Virus record (IMG/VR): IMGVR_UViG_3300032323_000716
Coordinates: 32,001-96,000 of that record
Direction: 5' to 3' (one strand)
Source of the DNA: a virus
Length of the DNA stretch: 64,000 nucleotides
The stretch's first letter is position 1; each line of letters opens with the position of its first letter. Under the pieces are notes generated by a model. That model was not told the DNA's origin. It saw only the letters and a program-made list of their open reading frames with translations, and ran no database searches. The position numbers and the translations under genes were made by a program. Positions 28,647 to 37,240 of this stretch are shown here, one piece after another.

Positions 28647-29213
28647 ATGAAAAGTTTTAGACAATATCTTGCCGAAAGCCAAAAAGTTTACAGTTTTAAG
28701 GTAAAAGTTGCGGGCGAACTTCCTGAGAAATTTCAAGAAGGCCTAAAAAATCGCCTTGATCGCTGTAAAGTGTTAACACTAGAAAAAATCACTACAACTC
28801 CTATACAAAAGTTGCCTTTAGATTTTCCAGGAATGGAAAACAAAGAAGTACATGTATTCGAAGTAATTTGTGAATATCCTATTACCGGTCCAGAAATCAT
28901 TCAAGACATCAAAGGTATGGGAATAGACGAAGCATGTTTCAGAGTAAGAGGCAGCAGCGAGCCTTCAGAAGAAGAACAAGTTATTGCTACTAGCGAAACA
29001 AAAAGCGAAGCACTATTAAGTGAAACAGATCTTGATAAAAACTCAGGCAAGGTCAAACACAAAGATTATTTTGGTGATGATTTTAATAAGTCATTTCTAA
29101 AAGATTTAGAAAAATCAAGCAAGGCCCGTAAAAAAGATCAGGGACAGGCTGAATATAAACTGCCCAAGGCCAAGATCGACAAAGTAGGTACTAAGAGCCC
29201 AATGGGGAGTTAA
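28647..29213 (+). CDS. Hypothetical protein, candidate internal head protein
   Basis: N-terminus MKSFRQYLAE resembles the T4 capsid-targeting sequence. TAAATA-5 nt-ATG. Confidence 0.5.
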   Translation: MKSFRQYLAESQKVYSFKVKVAGELPEKFQEGLKNRLDRCKVLTLEKITTTPIQKLPLDFPGMENKEVHVFEVICEYPITGPEIIQDIKGMGIDEACFRVRGSSEPSEEEQVIATSETKSEALLSETDLDKNSGKVKHKDYFGDDFNKSFLKDLEKSSKARKKDQGQAEYKLPKAKIDKVGTKSPMGS

Positions 29214-29215
29214 TT

Positions 29216-29914
29216 ATGAATTTTCAAGAATTATTAGCAAAGATGCAGCAGTTAGATCGACCTGCATCTACAGTAGAACAAATAACAGATGAGATGGGAT
29301 GCGGCGATATGTCATCATCTATGCCACCATCTATGCCACCGGCCAATGAGCCTCCTGTGGCTCCCCCTAGCATGAGCATTAATTTAAATGCTCAAGGTAT
29401 GGACAACATTGAAGATCTAATGAAGTTGGTAACTAAAGTAAATCCAGACATGGATAAGCCTAACCTTCCTCCTTTACCTTCTATGGGCGACATGCCAAGC
29501 ATTGCTTCAATTAAACCTGCTATGCCTCCTTTGAAGATGCTGCCAGATTTAGACAGCGAACCAGAAGGCGATCACCCAGAACCAGATGCAGATAATAAAA
29601 TTGATGTTATTCAGAAGTCTATGGGAGATATCGACGGTGACGGCGACCATGACATGGATGATCATGATGCTGAGAAGAAAGATAAGAAAGACGAAAAAGA
29701 AGCGTTTGGTAACTCACCAATCGGTGGTTCAGAGCCTGAGACAAAAGGGCTTGATGCTGCAATACCCGATGGCGACGATCTAAATAAACCTAAGAAGAGT
29801 TACAGCGATAAACCATATCGCGGTGATAATCCAATGTCTACAGAAAGTGTTGATCTAAGAGCACAGATTCGTGCAGAACTGCAACGTAGATTAAACGAAG
29901 CAAAAAAATCTTAA
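29216..29914 (+). CDS. Hypothetical low-complexity acidic/Pro-rich protein (candidate head core protein)
   Basis: Pro/Met/Asp-rich and probably disordered. Contains a DIDGDGDHD EF-hand-like loop. Confidence 0.45.
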   Translation: MNFQELLAKMQQLDRPASTVEQITDEMGCGDMSSSMPPSMPPANEPPVAPPSMSINLNAQGMDNIEDLMKLVTKVNPDMDKPNLPPLPSMGDMPSIASIKPAMPPLKMLPDLDSEPEGDHPEPDADNKIDVIQKSMGDIDGDGDHDMDDHDAEKKDKKDEKEAFGNSPIGGSEPETKGLDAAIPDGDDLNKPKKSYSDKPYRGDNPMSTESVDLRAQIRAELQRRLNEAKKS

Positions 29915-29942
29915 AATAAAAAATGCGTGATACACGCTAATC

Positions 29943-29970
29943 AAATAGGCTCTCCGGGGCCTATTTTTTT
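29943..29970 (+). terminator. Intrinsic terminator
   Basis: AAATAGGC...GCCTATTT followed by a T-run. Confidence 0.75.
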
Positions 29971-29984
29971 CAGTAAATAATTGT

Positions 29985-31571
29985 ATGGCAAAATCATTAG
30001 ACGGTGTATTAATCAAGAAGGCGCATGCCCCACAACGATATACATTAGAAGAAGTAAAACATCTTGAAGCATGCATGGATCCTATTACAGGACCTTTATA
30101 CTTCTGCAAGAATTTTTTAAAAATACAACATCCAGTTCGCGGCGCTATTAAGTTTGAGCCCTACGAATACCAAGAAAGACTAATACAGGCCTATCACGAA
30201 AACAAGCAATGTATTGCTATGTTGCCTCGTCAGATGGGCAAGACTACCTGTGCTACAGGCTATCTATTATGGTACACAATGTTTGTACCAGAAGCGCAGG
30301 TACTAATTGCTGCTCACAAGTATGAAGGTGCGCAGGACATTATGAATCGTTATCGTTATGGCTATGAAAACTTGCCTGACTTTGTTCGTGCTGGTGTCTA
30401 TTCATATAATAGAAACACCATCGAATACGATAACGGAAGTCGTATTCAGGCAACTACTACAACTGAAAATACTGGTCGTGGTAAATCTCTTTCATTGATC
30501 TATTGCGATGAGTTTGCATTTGTGCAGCCGCCAGAGAAAGCCAAAGAGTTCTGGACTGCGTTATCACCAACACTGTCAACAGGCGGTAAGTGTATCATTA
30601 CATCAACACCAAACAGTGACGAAGATCAGTTTGCGCTTATTTGGACAGAAGCCAATAACAGATTTGACGAACATGGTAACGAACAGAAATTAGGTCTAAA
30701 CGGGTTTCATAGTTATTTTGCACATTGGAACGAACACCCAGATAGGGATGAAGAATGGGCAAAAGTAGAACGTGCAAAGATTGGTGAAGAGCGATTCCGT
30801 CGTGAGTTTGATTGTGAGTTCTTGATCTTTGACGAAACGTTAATCAATGCAGTAAAACTAGCAGAACTCAAAGGTGATGAACCTGTAATGACTATGGGTC
30901 AAACACGTTGGTATAAAGATATTGACCCAAGATGCACATACCTAGTGGCTTTAGATCCTAGTCTAGGCACAGGGGGAGACTACGCAGCCATACAGGTTTA
31001 CGAAATGCCTTCGATGGAGCAGGTTGCAGAATGGCGACATAATCTAACTCCAGTGCAGTCACAGACTAAAAACCTTAGAGAAATATGTAATTACATTGTG
31101 AACAGGGGTAAAGAAAAAGGCGGCAATCCTACCATTTATTATTCAGTAGAAAATAATTCTGTAGGTGAAAGTGCTTTAATTTGTATCAGTAATATAGGCG
31201 AAGAAAACTTTCCAGGATTATTTTTGTCAGAACCTATACGTAAAGGTCATGTACGCAGATTCCGTAAAGGTTTTAATACTACTCATAAATCTAAGATCAG
31301 CACTTGCAGCCAACTAAAACACATGTTAGAAACTGGAAAAATGCGTATACACAGCAAGCCGTTAATCAGCGAACTAAAAACTTTTGTGGCTCACGGTATA
31401 GGTTTTGGAGCCAAGACTGGCGAACACGATGACTTAGTTTCTAGCGTTCTATTAATATTACGCATGGCTGCTATCTTAGCAGACTGGGATCCTAAAGTTT
31501 ATGAAAAAATGACAGATAAAATCACAGAAGATCAACTGCCCATGCCAATTTTTGTAAGTACAGGGTTTTGA
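29985..31571 (+). CDS. Terminase large subunit (T4 gp17-like)
   Basis: Q-motif YEYQ, Walker A PRQMGKT, Walker B LIYCDE, coupling motif TSTP, nuclease motifs ALDPS and HDDLV. Confidence 0.95.
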   Translation: MAKSLDGVLIKKAHAPQRYTLEEVKHLEACMDPITGPLYFCKNFLKIQHPVRGAIKFEPYEYQERLIQAYHENKQCIAMLPRQMGKTTCATGYLLWYTMFVPEAQVLIAAHKYEGAQDIMNRYRYGYENLPDFVRAGVYSYNRNTIEYDNGSRIQATTTTENTGRGKSLSLIYCDEFAFVQPPEKAKEFWTALSPTLSTGGKCIITSTPNSDEDQFALIWTEANNRFDEHGNEQKLGLNGFHSYFAHWNEHPDRDEEWAKVERAKIGEERFRREFDCEFLIFDETLINAVKLAELKGDEPVMTMGQTRWYKDIDPRCTYLVALDPSLGTGGDYAAIQVYEMPSMEQVAEWRHNLTPVQSQTKNLREICNYIVNRGKEKGGNPTIYYSVENNSVGESALICISNIGEENFPGLFLSEPIRKGHVRRFRKGFNTTHKSKISTCSQLKHMLETGKMRIHSKPLISELKTFVAHGIGFGAKTGEHDDLVSSVLLILRMAAILADWDPKVYEKMTDKITEDQLPMPIFVSTGF

Positions 31572-31582
31572 TAAATACACTT

Positions 31583-33292
31583 ATGAATGCAACTAACAAT
31601 ATTGCCACCGATTTATTCTATAAAATACGCAGCCGTTTTCGCGGTTTAAAATTAGGCGACGAAACCGGACAACTTACCATTAATCCAGAAGAAGCACGTT
31701 TTTTTGATTTTGATTACATGGAAGGCGAAACACCAATCGGACACGTCAGCATCAGCCTAGCCGAAGACAATTCTATGAAAGTGTATTTTAGCACTGGCAT
31801 AACAGAAGGCATGGACGCACCGCAAAAAAATAACTGGTACGGATTTTTAAAAGAATTGCGTACTTTTGCCAAACGTAGATTAATGGCTTTTGATACTAGA
31901 GATATTTCTAAAGATAATTTAGACAAAAGAGATTACGAGTTCTTAAGTCAACATAACAAGCCTAAAGAACAACCAAATACTGTAATAACGCCCGTTGGAG
32001 AATCAGTCATGAATGAAAGCACACTTTATGGTACTAAGACCATGAGTTATCAGAAATTAATGGATACACGCCTTATCATCAAACACAATCAAGCAGTGAT
32101 GGATGATACACAACCAGGTGCAAGAACAAGAAATATTTCTGCACTGTTTGTAGAAAATCAAGACGGTGAAAGATTCAAGTATCCTTTCATTCATCTAGCA
32201 GGCGCTAGAGCCATGCAACGTCATGTAGCCAACGGCGGACTACCATATGATGATCTTGGTAAAAGCATTATTCAGATGAGTGAAGAAATTGCACAACTAA
32301 AGAGTTTTGGAAATTATGTTGTTCGTAATGACCTAATGAATTCAGATACTAATGGTATCGTAGAACGTAGTACACAGGCTTTAAACAATCTAAGAGAAAC
32401 TATTCAGAAATTATCTAAGCAAACACATTACGAATCATACAAAGAAAATTTCCAAGCCCAAGAACATTTAGAAATACCAGAAGAAGTTGTAGAAGAATAC
32501 AAAGAAAAATTCACAGTTAGGAATTTTAAAGAAGACATTAAATCAGTATTTCCTGTTATCTATCGTCTGATGCAGGAAGGAAGCACATTAGGCTACGACG
32601 ACATAGTCGCCATGACACAAGAAAGCACAACCAACGACGAAGCCGAAATATTTGAGGATGACGAAGACGATTCATTTAGCAAATTTGAAAATTGGGTTAT
32701 GACCTTAGGTGAAGAATCTGCTATTACATCGTCTGATGAGGAAGAACAAAAAGCAGCCATGAAAGAATTACAAGAACTTGTAGGAGAACACTTTCCTGCA
32801 GGCGCAGATGGCAATAATGCAATTCCAAGTTTAAAAGGCATCATTGACGATCCTCAATTATATCAGCAAATTAAACAACAGGCTAAAGAACAAGGCGAAG
32901 ATAGTTGTGTGAGAGGGTTAGTTAAAGATTGGTTAGAATCCAATGCACCCGAAGTCGTAGATCAATTAGACTTTGGTGACTTTACCGAAGAGCCAATGGC
33001 AGGTGAAGAACCATCAGAAGAAGAGCCTCAAATGGCAGATGTTGATCAAGAACAATCACAGAGATTAAATGTACAAGAATTGGCAGAGTTTATAACTTCA
33101 TTTTATGATCGACAGTCTGGAACTTTTCCAAAAGGTCCAGAAGGTGTAGCGATCATGGTAGGCAAGAAGTTCGGCGAACAGGCTGAAAGCGTGGCTCGTA
33201 AATTCGTAGAACGCATGGCTCCGCATCAGAGTACCGAACAAAATCCAGAACTGCAAGAATTGGCTCGTATCAAAGAACTTTCAGGCATGTAA
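31583..33292 (+). CDS. Conserved-looking hypothetical acidic protein (candidate head-associated)
   Basis: Probable start MNATNN (TAAATA-5 nt-ATG). Acidic, with several xxES sites and a C-terminal LARIKELSG. Confidence 0.5.
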   Translation: MNATNNIATDLFYKIRSRFRGLKLGDETGQLTINPEEARFFDFDYMEGETPIGHVSISLAEDNSMKVYFSTGITEGMDAPQKNNWYGFLKELRTFAKRRLMAFDTRDISKDNLDKRDYEFLSQHNKPKEQPNTVITPVGESVMNESTLYGTKTMSYQKLMDTRLIIKHNQAVMDDTQPGARTRNISALFVENQDGERFKYPFIHLAGARAMQRHVANGGLPYDDLGKSIIQMSEEIAQLKSFGNYVVRNDLMNSDTNGIVERSTQALNNLRETIQKLSKQTHYESYKENFQAQEHLEIPEEVVEEYKEKFTVRNFKEDIKSVFPVIYRLMQEGSTLGYDDIVAMTQESTTNDEAEIFEDDEDDSFSKFENWVMTLGEESAITSSDEEEQKAAMKELQELVGEHFPAGADGNNAIPSLKGIIDDPQLYQQIKQQAKEQGEDSCVRGLVKDWLESNAPEVVDQLDFGDFTEEPMAGEEPSEEEPQMADVDQEQSQRLNVQELAEFITSFYDRQSGTFPKGPEGVAIMVGKKFGEQAESVARKFVERMAPHQSTEQNPELQELARIKELSGM

Positions 33293-33309
33293 TTTATCAA
33301 ATCATCCAT

Positions 33310-33339
33310 AAAGGGCACTTCGGTGCCCTTTTTCTTTTT
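33310..33339 (+). terminator. Intrinsic terminator with cUUCGg loop
   Basis: AAGGGCAC-TTCG-GTGCCCTT followed by a T-run. Confidence 0.88.
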
Positions 33340-33372
33340 GGTAAGATAAATCAAAAAAATAGCAGATAATCG

Positions 33373-33401
33373 TTGACCTTGCTAAATAAAAAGCGCATAA
33401 T
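33373..33401 (+). promoter_or_regulatory. sigma70-type promoter with nested TAAATA box
   Basis: TTGACC (33373)-17 nt-CATAAT (33396). TAAATA lies at 33383-33388, inside the spacer. Confidence 0.65.
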
Positions 33402-33460
33402 ACTGTTATGCGAAAGGCATATAACAAGTCATTTACATTAAGGCATAAGGAGGCTATAAA

Positions 33461-34432
33461 ATGGCAACACTAGCAGAAATTCGTGCTAAACTTCAAGAAG
33501 CACAAACCAAGAGCACAGGCTCTACATCAAGCGGCGGCGACAACGCAATTTACCCCCACTGGAATATGCAAGAAGGCAAAGAAGCCGTAGTACGTTTCTT
33601 ACCTGACGGTAACCCCAACAACACTTTCTTCTGGGTAGAACGAGCAATGATCAAATTGCCGTTTGCAGGCATCAAAGGTGAAACAGATTCACGACCAGTA
33701 CAGGTACAAGTTCCTTGTGTGGAAATGTACAACGATGGTACAGCATGCCCAATCTTGTCAGAAGTACGTGGTTGGTTCAAAGACAAAAATCTAGAAGACA
33801 TGGGTCGTAAGTATTGGAAAAAGCGTTCATATATTTTCCAAGGTTTCGTTGTTGAAGATCCTCTTAAAGAAGATTCACAACCAGAGAATCCAATCCGCAG
33901 ATTTATCATTGGTCCTCAGATCTATCAGATCATCCGTGCGGCATTGATGGACAGTGAAATTGAAGAACTGCCAACTGACGTACTGCGTGGTCTTGATTTC
34001 CGTATTGCTAAAACTAGCAAAGGCGGATTTGCTGACTACTCTACATCAAAGTGGAGCCGTAGAGAGCGTTCCTTATCGGATGTTGAAAAGGCTGCGATTG
34101 AATCACATGGTCTTTTTAATCTATCAGACTTTTTGCCAAAGAAACCCACAGACATTGAGTTGAAGGTTATGAAGGAGATGTTTGAAGCATCTGTTGATGG
34201 CGAAGCCTATGATATGGATCGTTGGGGACAATACTTCAAACCAGCAGGTATGGGAGCAGCCACAGGCGATCCTAATAAACAAGTAGCGAGAGCAGCAGTA
34301 GCAGATGATCAGGTTGATGACGAACCAGCGCCTGTATCTAAGCCTGTTGTAGCCGAGACAGCACCAGCAAGTACTGAAAGTTCATCTAGAGCACAGGATA
34401 TTCTTGCTAAGATTCGTGCCCGTCAGCAATAA
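33461..34432 (+). CDS. Single-stranded DNA-binding protein (T4 gp32-like)
   Basis: SD AGGAGG. Motifs VRFLP, C...CP, YWKKRSY, GLDFRI.K and DYSTSKW. Located upstream of UvsX. Confidence 0.85.
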   Translation: MATLAEIRAKLQEAQTKSTGSTSSGGDNAIYPHWNMQEGKEAVVRFLPDGNPNNTFFWVERAMIKLPFAGIKGETDSRPVQVQVPCVEMYNDGTACPILSEVRGWFKDKNLEDMGRKYWKKRSYIFQGFVVEDPLKEDSQPENPIRRFIIGPQIYQIIRAALMDSEIEELPTDVLRGLDFRIAKTSKGGFADYSTSKWSRRERSLSDVEKAAIESHGLFNLSDFLPKKPTDIELKVMKEMFEASVDGEAYDMDRWGQYFKPAGMGAATGDPNKQVARAAVADDQVDDEPAPVSKPVVAETAPASTESSSRAQDILAKIRARQQ

Positions 34433-34441
34433 TTAACACGG

Positions 34442-34480
34442 CTCGGGCCTCTAAGACATAGTTCTTACGCCCGAGTTCTT
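34442..34480 (+). promoter_or_regulatory. Intergenic hairpin (attenuator, processing or stability element)
   Basis: CTCGGGC/GCCCGAG outer stem with inner TAAGA/TCTTA, followed by TTCTT. Confidence 0.45.
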
Positions 34481-34499
34481 CTCACTATAGGATTCTAAA

Positions 34500-34691
34500 A
34501 TGGCAAAATTAACAAAATTAGCAAAAGTAAATGAATCGATCACTATCAATCGTTATGATAACGCATGGATGGTTGAAATTGGTGGTCGTGATAAGAAAGA
34601 AGAATGGAAAAACACTAAGACTGTTTGCAACACAGAAGAAGAATTATTTGCTGTGATCAAAGAGTGGAATTCAATGGATCTGGATAATTAA
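34500..34691 (+). CDS. Hypothetical protein
   Basis: 63-aa ORF with SD AGGA, between gp32 and UvsX. Confidence 0.55.
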   Translation: MAKLTKLAKVNESITINRYDNAWMVEIGGRDKKEEWKNTKTVCNTEEELFAVIKEWNSMDLDN

Positions 34692-34692
34692 T

Positions 34693-35772
34693 ATGGCAAA
34701 AGCATTTGATATTTCTAAATTTAGAAAGTCAATTACAAAGTCTATCGAAGGCTTGTCAATTGGCTTTAATGATCCGACAGATTGGGTCAGCACAGGTAAT
34801 TACGCATTGAATTATCTAATCAGTGGCGACTTTCATAAAGGTGTTCCGCTTGGTAAAGTAACTGTGTTTGCAGGCGAGTCAGGAGCAGGTAAGTCTTATA
34901 TCTGTTCCGGTAATCTTATCAAGGCAGCACAGGCACAAGGCATTTATCCTATTCTGGTTGATACAGAAAATGCACTTGACGAAGATTGGTTAAAAGCACT
35001 TGGTGTTGATACTAGTGAAGATAAGTTGTTGAAACTTAACATGGCTATGATTGACGATGTAGCAAAGACTATTACAGAATTTGTTGCAGAATATAAGGCA
35101 ATGCCAGAAGAAACCCGTCCTAAAGTTTTGTTTATACTTGACTCACTAGGTATGTTGTTAACCCCAACAGACGTTAATCAATTCGAAGCAGGCGATCTAA
35201 AAGGTGACATGGGCCGTAAGCCTAAGGCACTGACAGCATTGGTTCGTAACTGTGTTAACATGTTTGGTTCACTAAACATTGGTCTAGTAGCAACTAATCA
35301 CACATACGCTTCACAAGATATGTTTGATCCAGATGACAAAATCTCAGGTGGCCAAGGTTTTATCTATGCATCGAGTATTGTCGTTGCTATGAAAAAACTC
35401 AAACTCAAAGAGGACGATGACGGTAATAAAATTACAGAAGTGCGTGGTATTCGTGCTGCCTGTAAGATTATGAAAACTCGTTATGCAAAACCGTTTGAAA
35501 GTGTACAGGTTAAGATTCCTTACGAAACAGGTATGAATCCGTATAGCGGACTGGTAGATCTGGCCGAAGCAAAAGGGATGCTCAAGAAAGAAGGTAATAG
35601 CCTTGTATACGTAACACACGATGGCGAAATCATTAAACAGTTCCGCAAGGCGTGGGAAAGAAATGACAACGGTGGCCTTGATGCTATTATGTCTGACATT
35701 TCAAAACATGGTGAAAAAACTGAATCTGGGATAACTAAAGATGTTGTACCTGATTTGGAGAGCGCAGAATGA
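34693..35772 (+). CDS. uvsX: RecA-like recombinase (UvsX)
   Basis: Motifs STGNYALN, Walker A GESGAGKS, DTENA, Walker B ILDSLG, TNHTY and SGG.G..YASS. Confidence 0.92.
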   Translation: MAKAFDISKFRKSITKSIEGLSIGFNDPTDWVSTGNYALNYLISGDFHKGVPLGKVTVFAGESGAGKSYICSGNLIKAAQAQGIYPILVDTENALDEDWLKALGVDTSEDKLLKLNMAMIDDVAKTITEFVAEYKAMPEETRPKVLFILDSLGMLLTPTDVNQFEAGDLKGDMGRKPKALTALVRNCVNMFGSLNIGLVATNHTYASQDMFDPDDKISGGQGFIYASSIVVAMKKLKLKEDDDGNKITEVRGIRAACKIMKTRYAKPFESVQVKIPYETGMNPYSGLVDLAEAKGMLKKEGNSLVYVTHDGEIIKQFRKAWERNDNGGLDAIMSDISKHGEKTESGITKDVVPDLESAE

Positions 35773-36011
35773 AAGAAGATTTGATCGCAGATATTTGGAC
35801 ATTGGTTGTCGAACATATCCCCGAAAAACATCGTAAAGATGTAGCGGCTGATTTTGTTAATACATTATTGGATTATGGCATCAAAGAATCAACCTTGCAA
35901 GGCCTACAAGGCATTGACGGGTATCTTGATAATGCCATAGACTATGCAATTGATGATGAAGAAATCGAAGCCGAAGAAGACGATTACGATTACAATGAAG
36001 ATGAGGATTAA
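35769..36011 (+). CDS. Hypothetical acidic protein
   Basis: 80-aa ORF coupled to uvsX, with an acidic tail. Confidence 0.55.
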   Translation: MKEDLIADIWTLVVEHIPEKHRKDVAADFVNTLLDYGIKESTLQGLQGIDGYLDNAIDYAIDDEEIEAEEDDYDYNEDED

Positions 36012-36467
36012 ATGAATTGGTATGATCGGGTTTCTAAGGACATTTCGCAAATCCCCGATGCTGTGGCATTTTATGAGGCTGAGTTACTAGCAGCCAAACA
36101 AGACGCTCGTATATCGGGAAATATCGAAAGAGCGTCGGCATCAATGCCCGGTATTGTTGAAAACCGATTTAATCAACTTCAGGAAATTGAAGGCATTTTA
36201 GAATATCTCAATATTGAACTTCGTAGACTTCGTAGTCAGCATTTCCGTAAGTATCTCGAAAACTATCAACGTAGCCTATCCTCTAGAGACTGTGAAAAGT
36301 TTGTAGAAGGTGAGGCTGACGTTGTAGACTTTGAAAAAATTATCAACGACTTTGCTCTGTTGAGAAATAAATGGCTTGGTATTATTAAGGCCTTAGATAT
36401 TAAACAATGGCAGTTATCAAATATCGTTAAATTAAGAACTGCCGGATTAGAAGACGCAACATTATGA
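36012..36467 (+). CDS. uvsY: Recombination mediator (UvsY-like)
   Basis: Coiled-coil protein of 151 aa ending IIKALDIKQWQLSNIVKLRTAG, located near uvsX. Confidence 0.75.
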   Translation: MNWYDRVSKDISQIPDAVAFYEAELLAAKQDARISGNIERASASMPGIVENRFNQLQEIEGILEYLNIELRRLRSQHFRKYLENYQRSLSSRDCEKFVEGEADVVDFEKIINDFALLRNKWLGIIKALDIKQWQLSNIVKLRTAGLEDATL

Positions 36468-37240
36468 AAATAGGTATTTTAGGTTTAGGTTATGTAGGAT
36501 CAGCAGTAGCATACTCGCATAGAAATCAACAGGTAGTTGTAAGAGATCCTAAATTAGGAGACAGATCAGCGTCTATTGAAGAAATTAAAAATTGCGATGC
36601 TGTTTATGTATGTGTACCAACCCCTATGTTAGAAGATGGACACTGCGATGATTCTTACGTTAAATCTGTTTTAAAAGAATTACAAGATTATAAAAATGTA
36701 ATTATATGCAAAAGCACAGTGCCACCTGGTGTTTATTTGAGATTACAAGATCAATATCCTAATCTTGTTCATGCACCTGAATTTCTTACAGCGGCTAACG
36801 CTACTGCTGATTATGAAATGTCGACGTGGGTATTAATTGGTGGCAATACTGATTATTGTCTTAAAGCCAAAGAAGTAATACAATCTAGTACTATTAAGGC
36901 ACAACAGTTTCAATTTACTAATATTTCTACTGCCAGTTTGTTCAAATACTTGGCCAATAGTTTTTTAGCAACTAAAGTAACTTTTATGAATGCGTTTTTC
37001 CAGTTAGCCAAAGAAGTGGAAGTCGACTGGGCTGAAATTAAAAATATTGCTAAGAATGACCCAAGACTTGGAACAAGTCATTGGGACGTCCCTGGACCAG
37101 ATGGTCAATTCGGTTATGGCGGCGCATGTTTTCCAAAGGATGTTGCAGCCATTCTCGAACACGGCCTCGACATGGGAATTGAATTAGAACTTTTAGGCCG
37201 GGTTGAAGATATTAACAAGAAGAATCGAAAATACGATTAA
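36464..37240 (+). CDS. UDP-glucose/GDP-mannose dehydrogenase family protein (lacks C-terminal domain)
   Basis: Motifs GLGYVG, CVPTP, KSTVPPG, PEFL, KY.AN.FLA.K and catalytic GGACFPKD. Confidence 0.85.
   Translation: MKIGILGLGYVGSAVAYSHRNQQVVVRDPKLGDRSASIEEIKNCDAVYVCVPTPMLEDGHCDDSYVKSVLKELQDYKNVIICKSTVPPGVYLRLQDQYPNLVHAPEFLTAANATADYEMSTWVLIGGNTDYCLKAKEVIQSSTIKAQQFQFTNISTASLFKYLANSFLATKVTFMNAFFQLAKEVEVDWAEIKNIAKNDPRLGTSHWDVPGPDGQFGYGGACFPKDVAAILEHGLDMGIELELLGRVEDINKKNRKYD

Noticed and set aside
29317-29340. 12-nt tandem repeat (CATCTATGCCAC x2)
   Set aside because: It is an in-frame duplication in a low-complexity Pro-rich protein, with no array structure.
29985-35772. Inteins or introns in the terminase, gp32 or UvsX genes
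   Set aside because: The proteins are of normal length with uninterrupted motifs.
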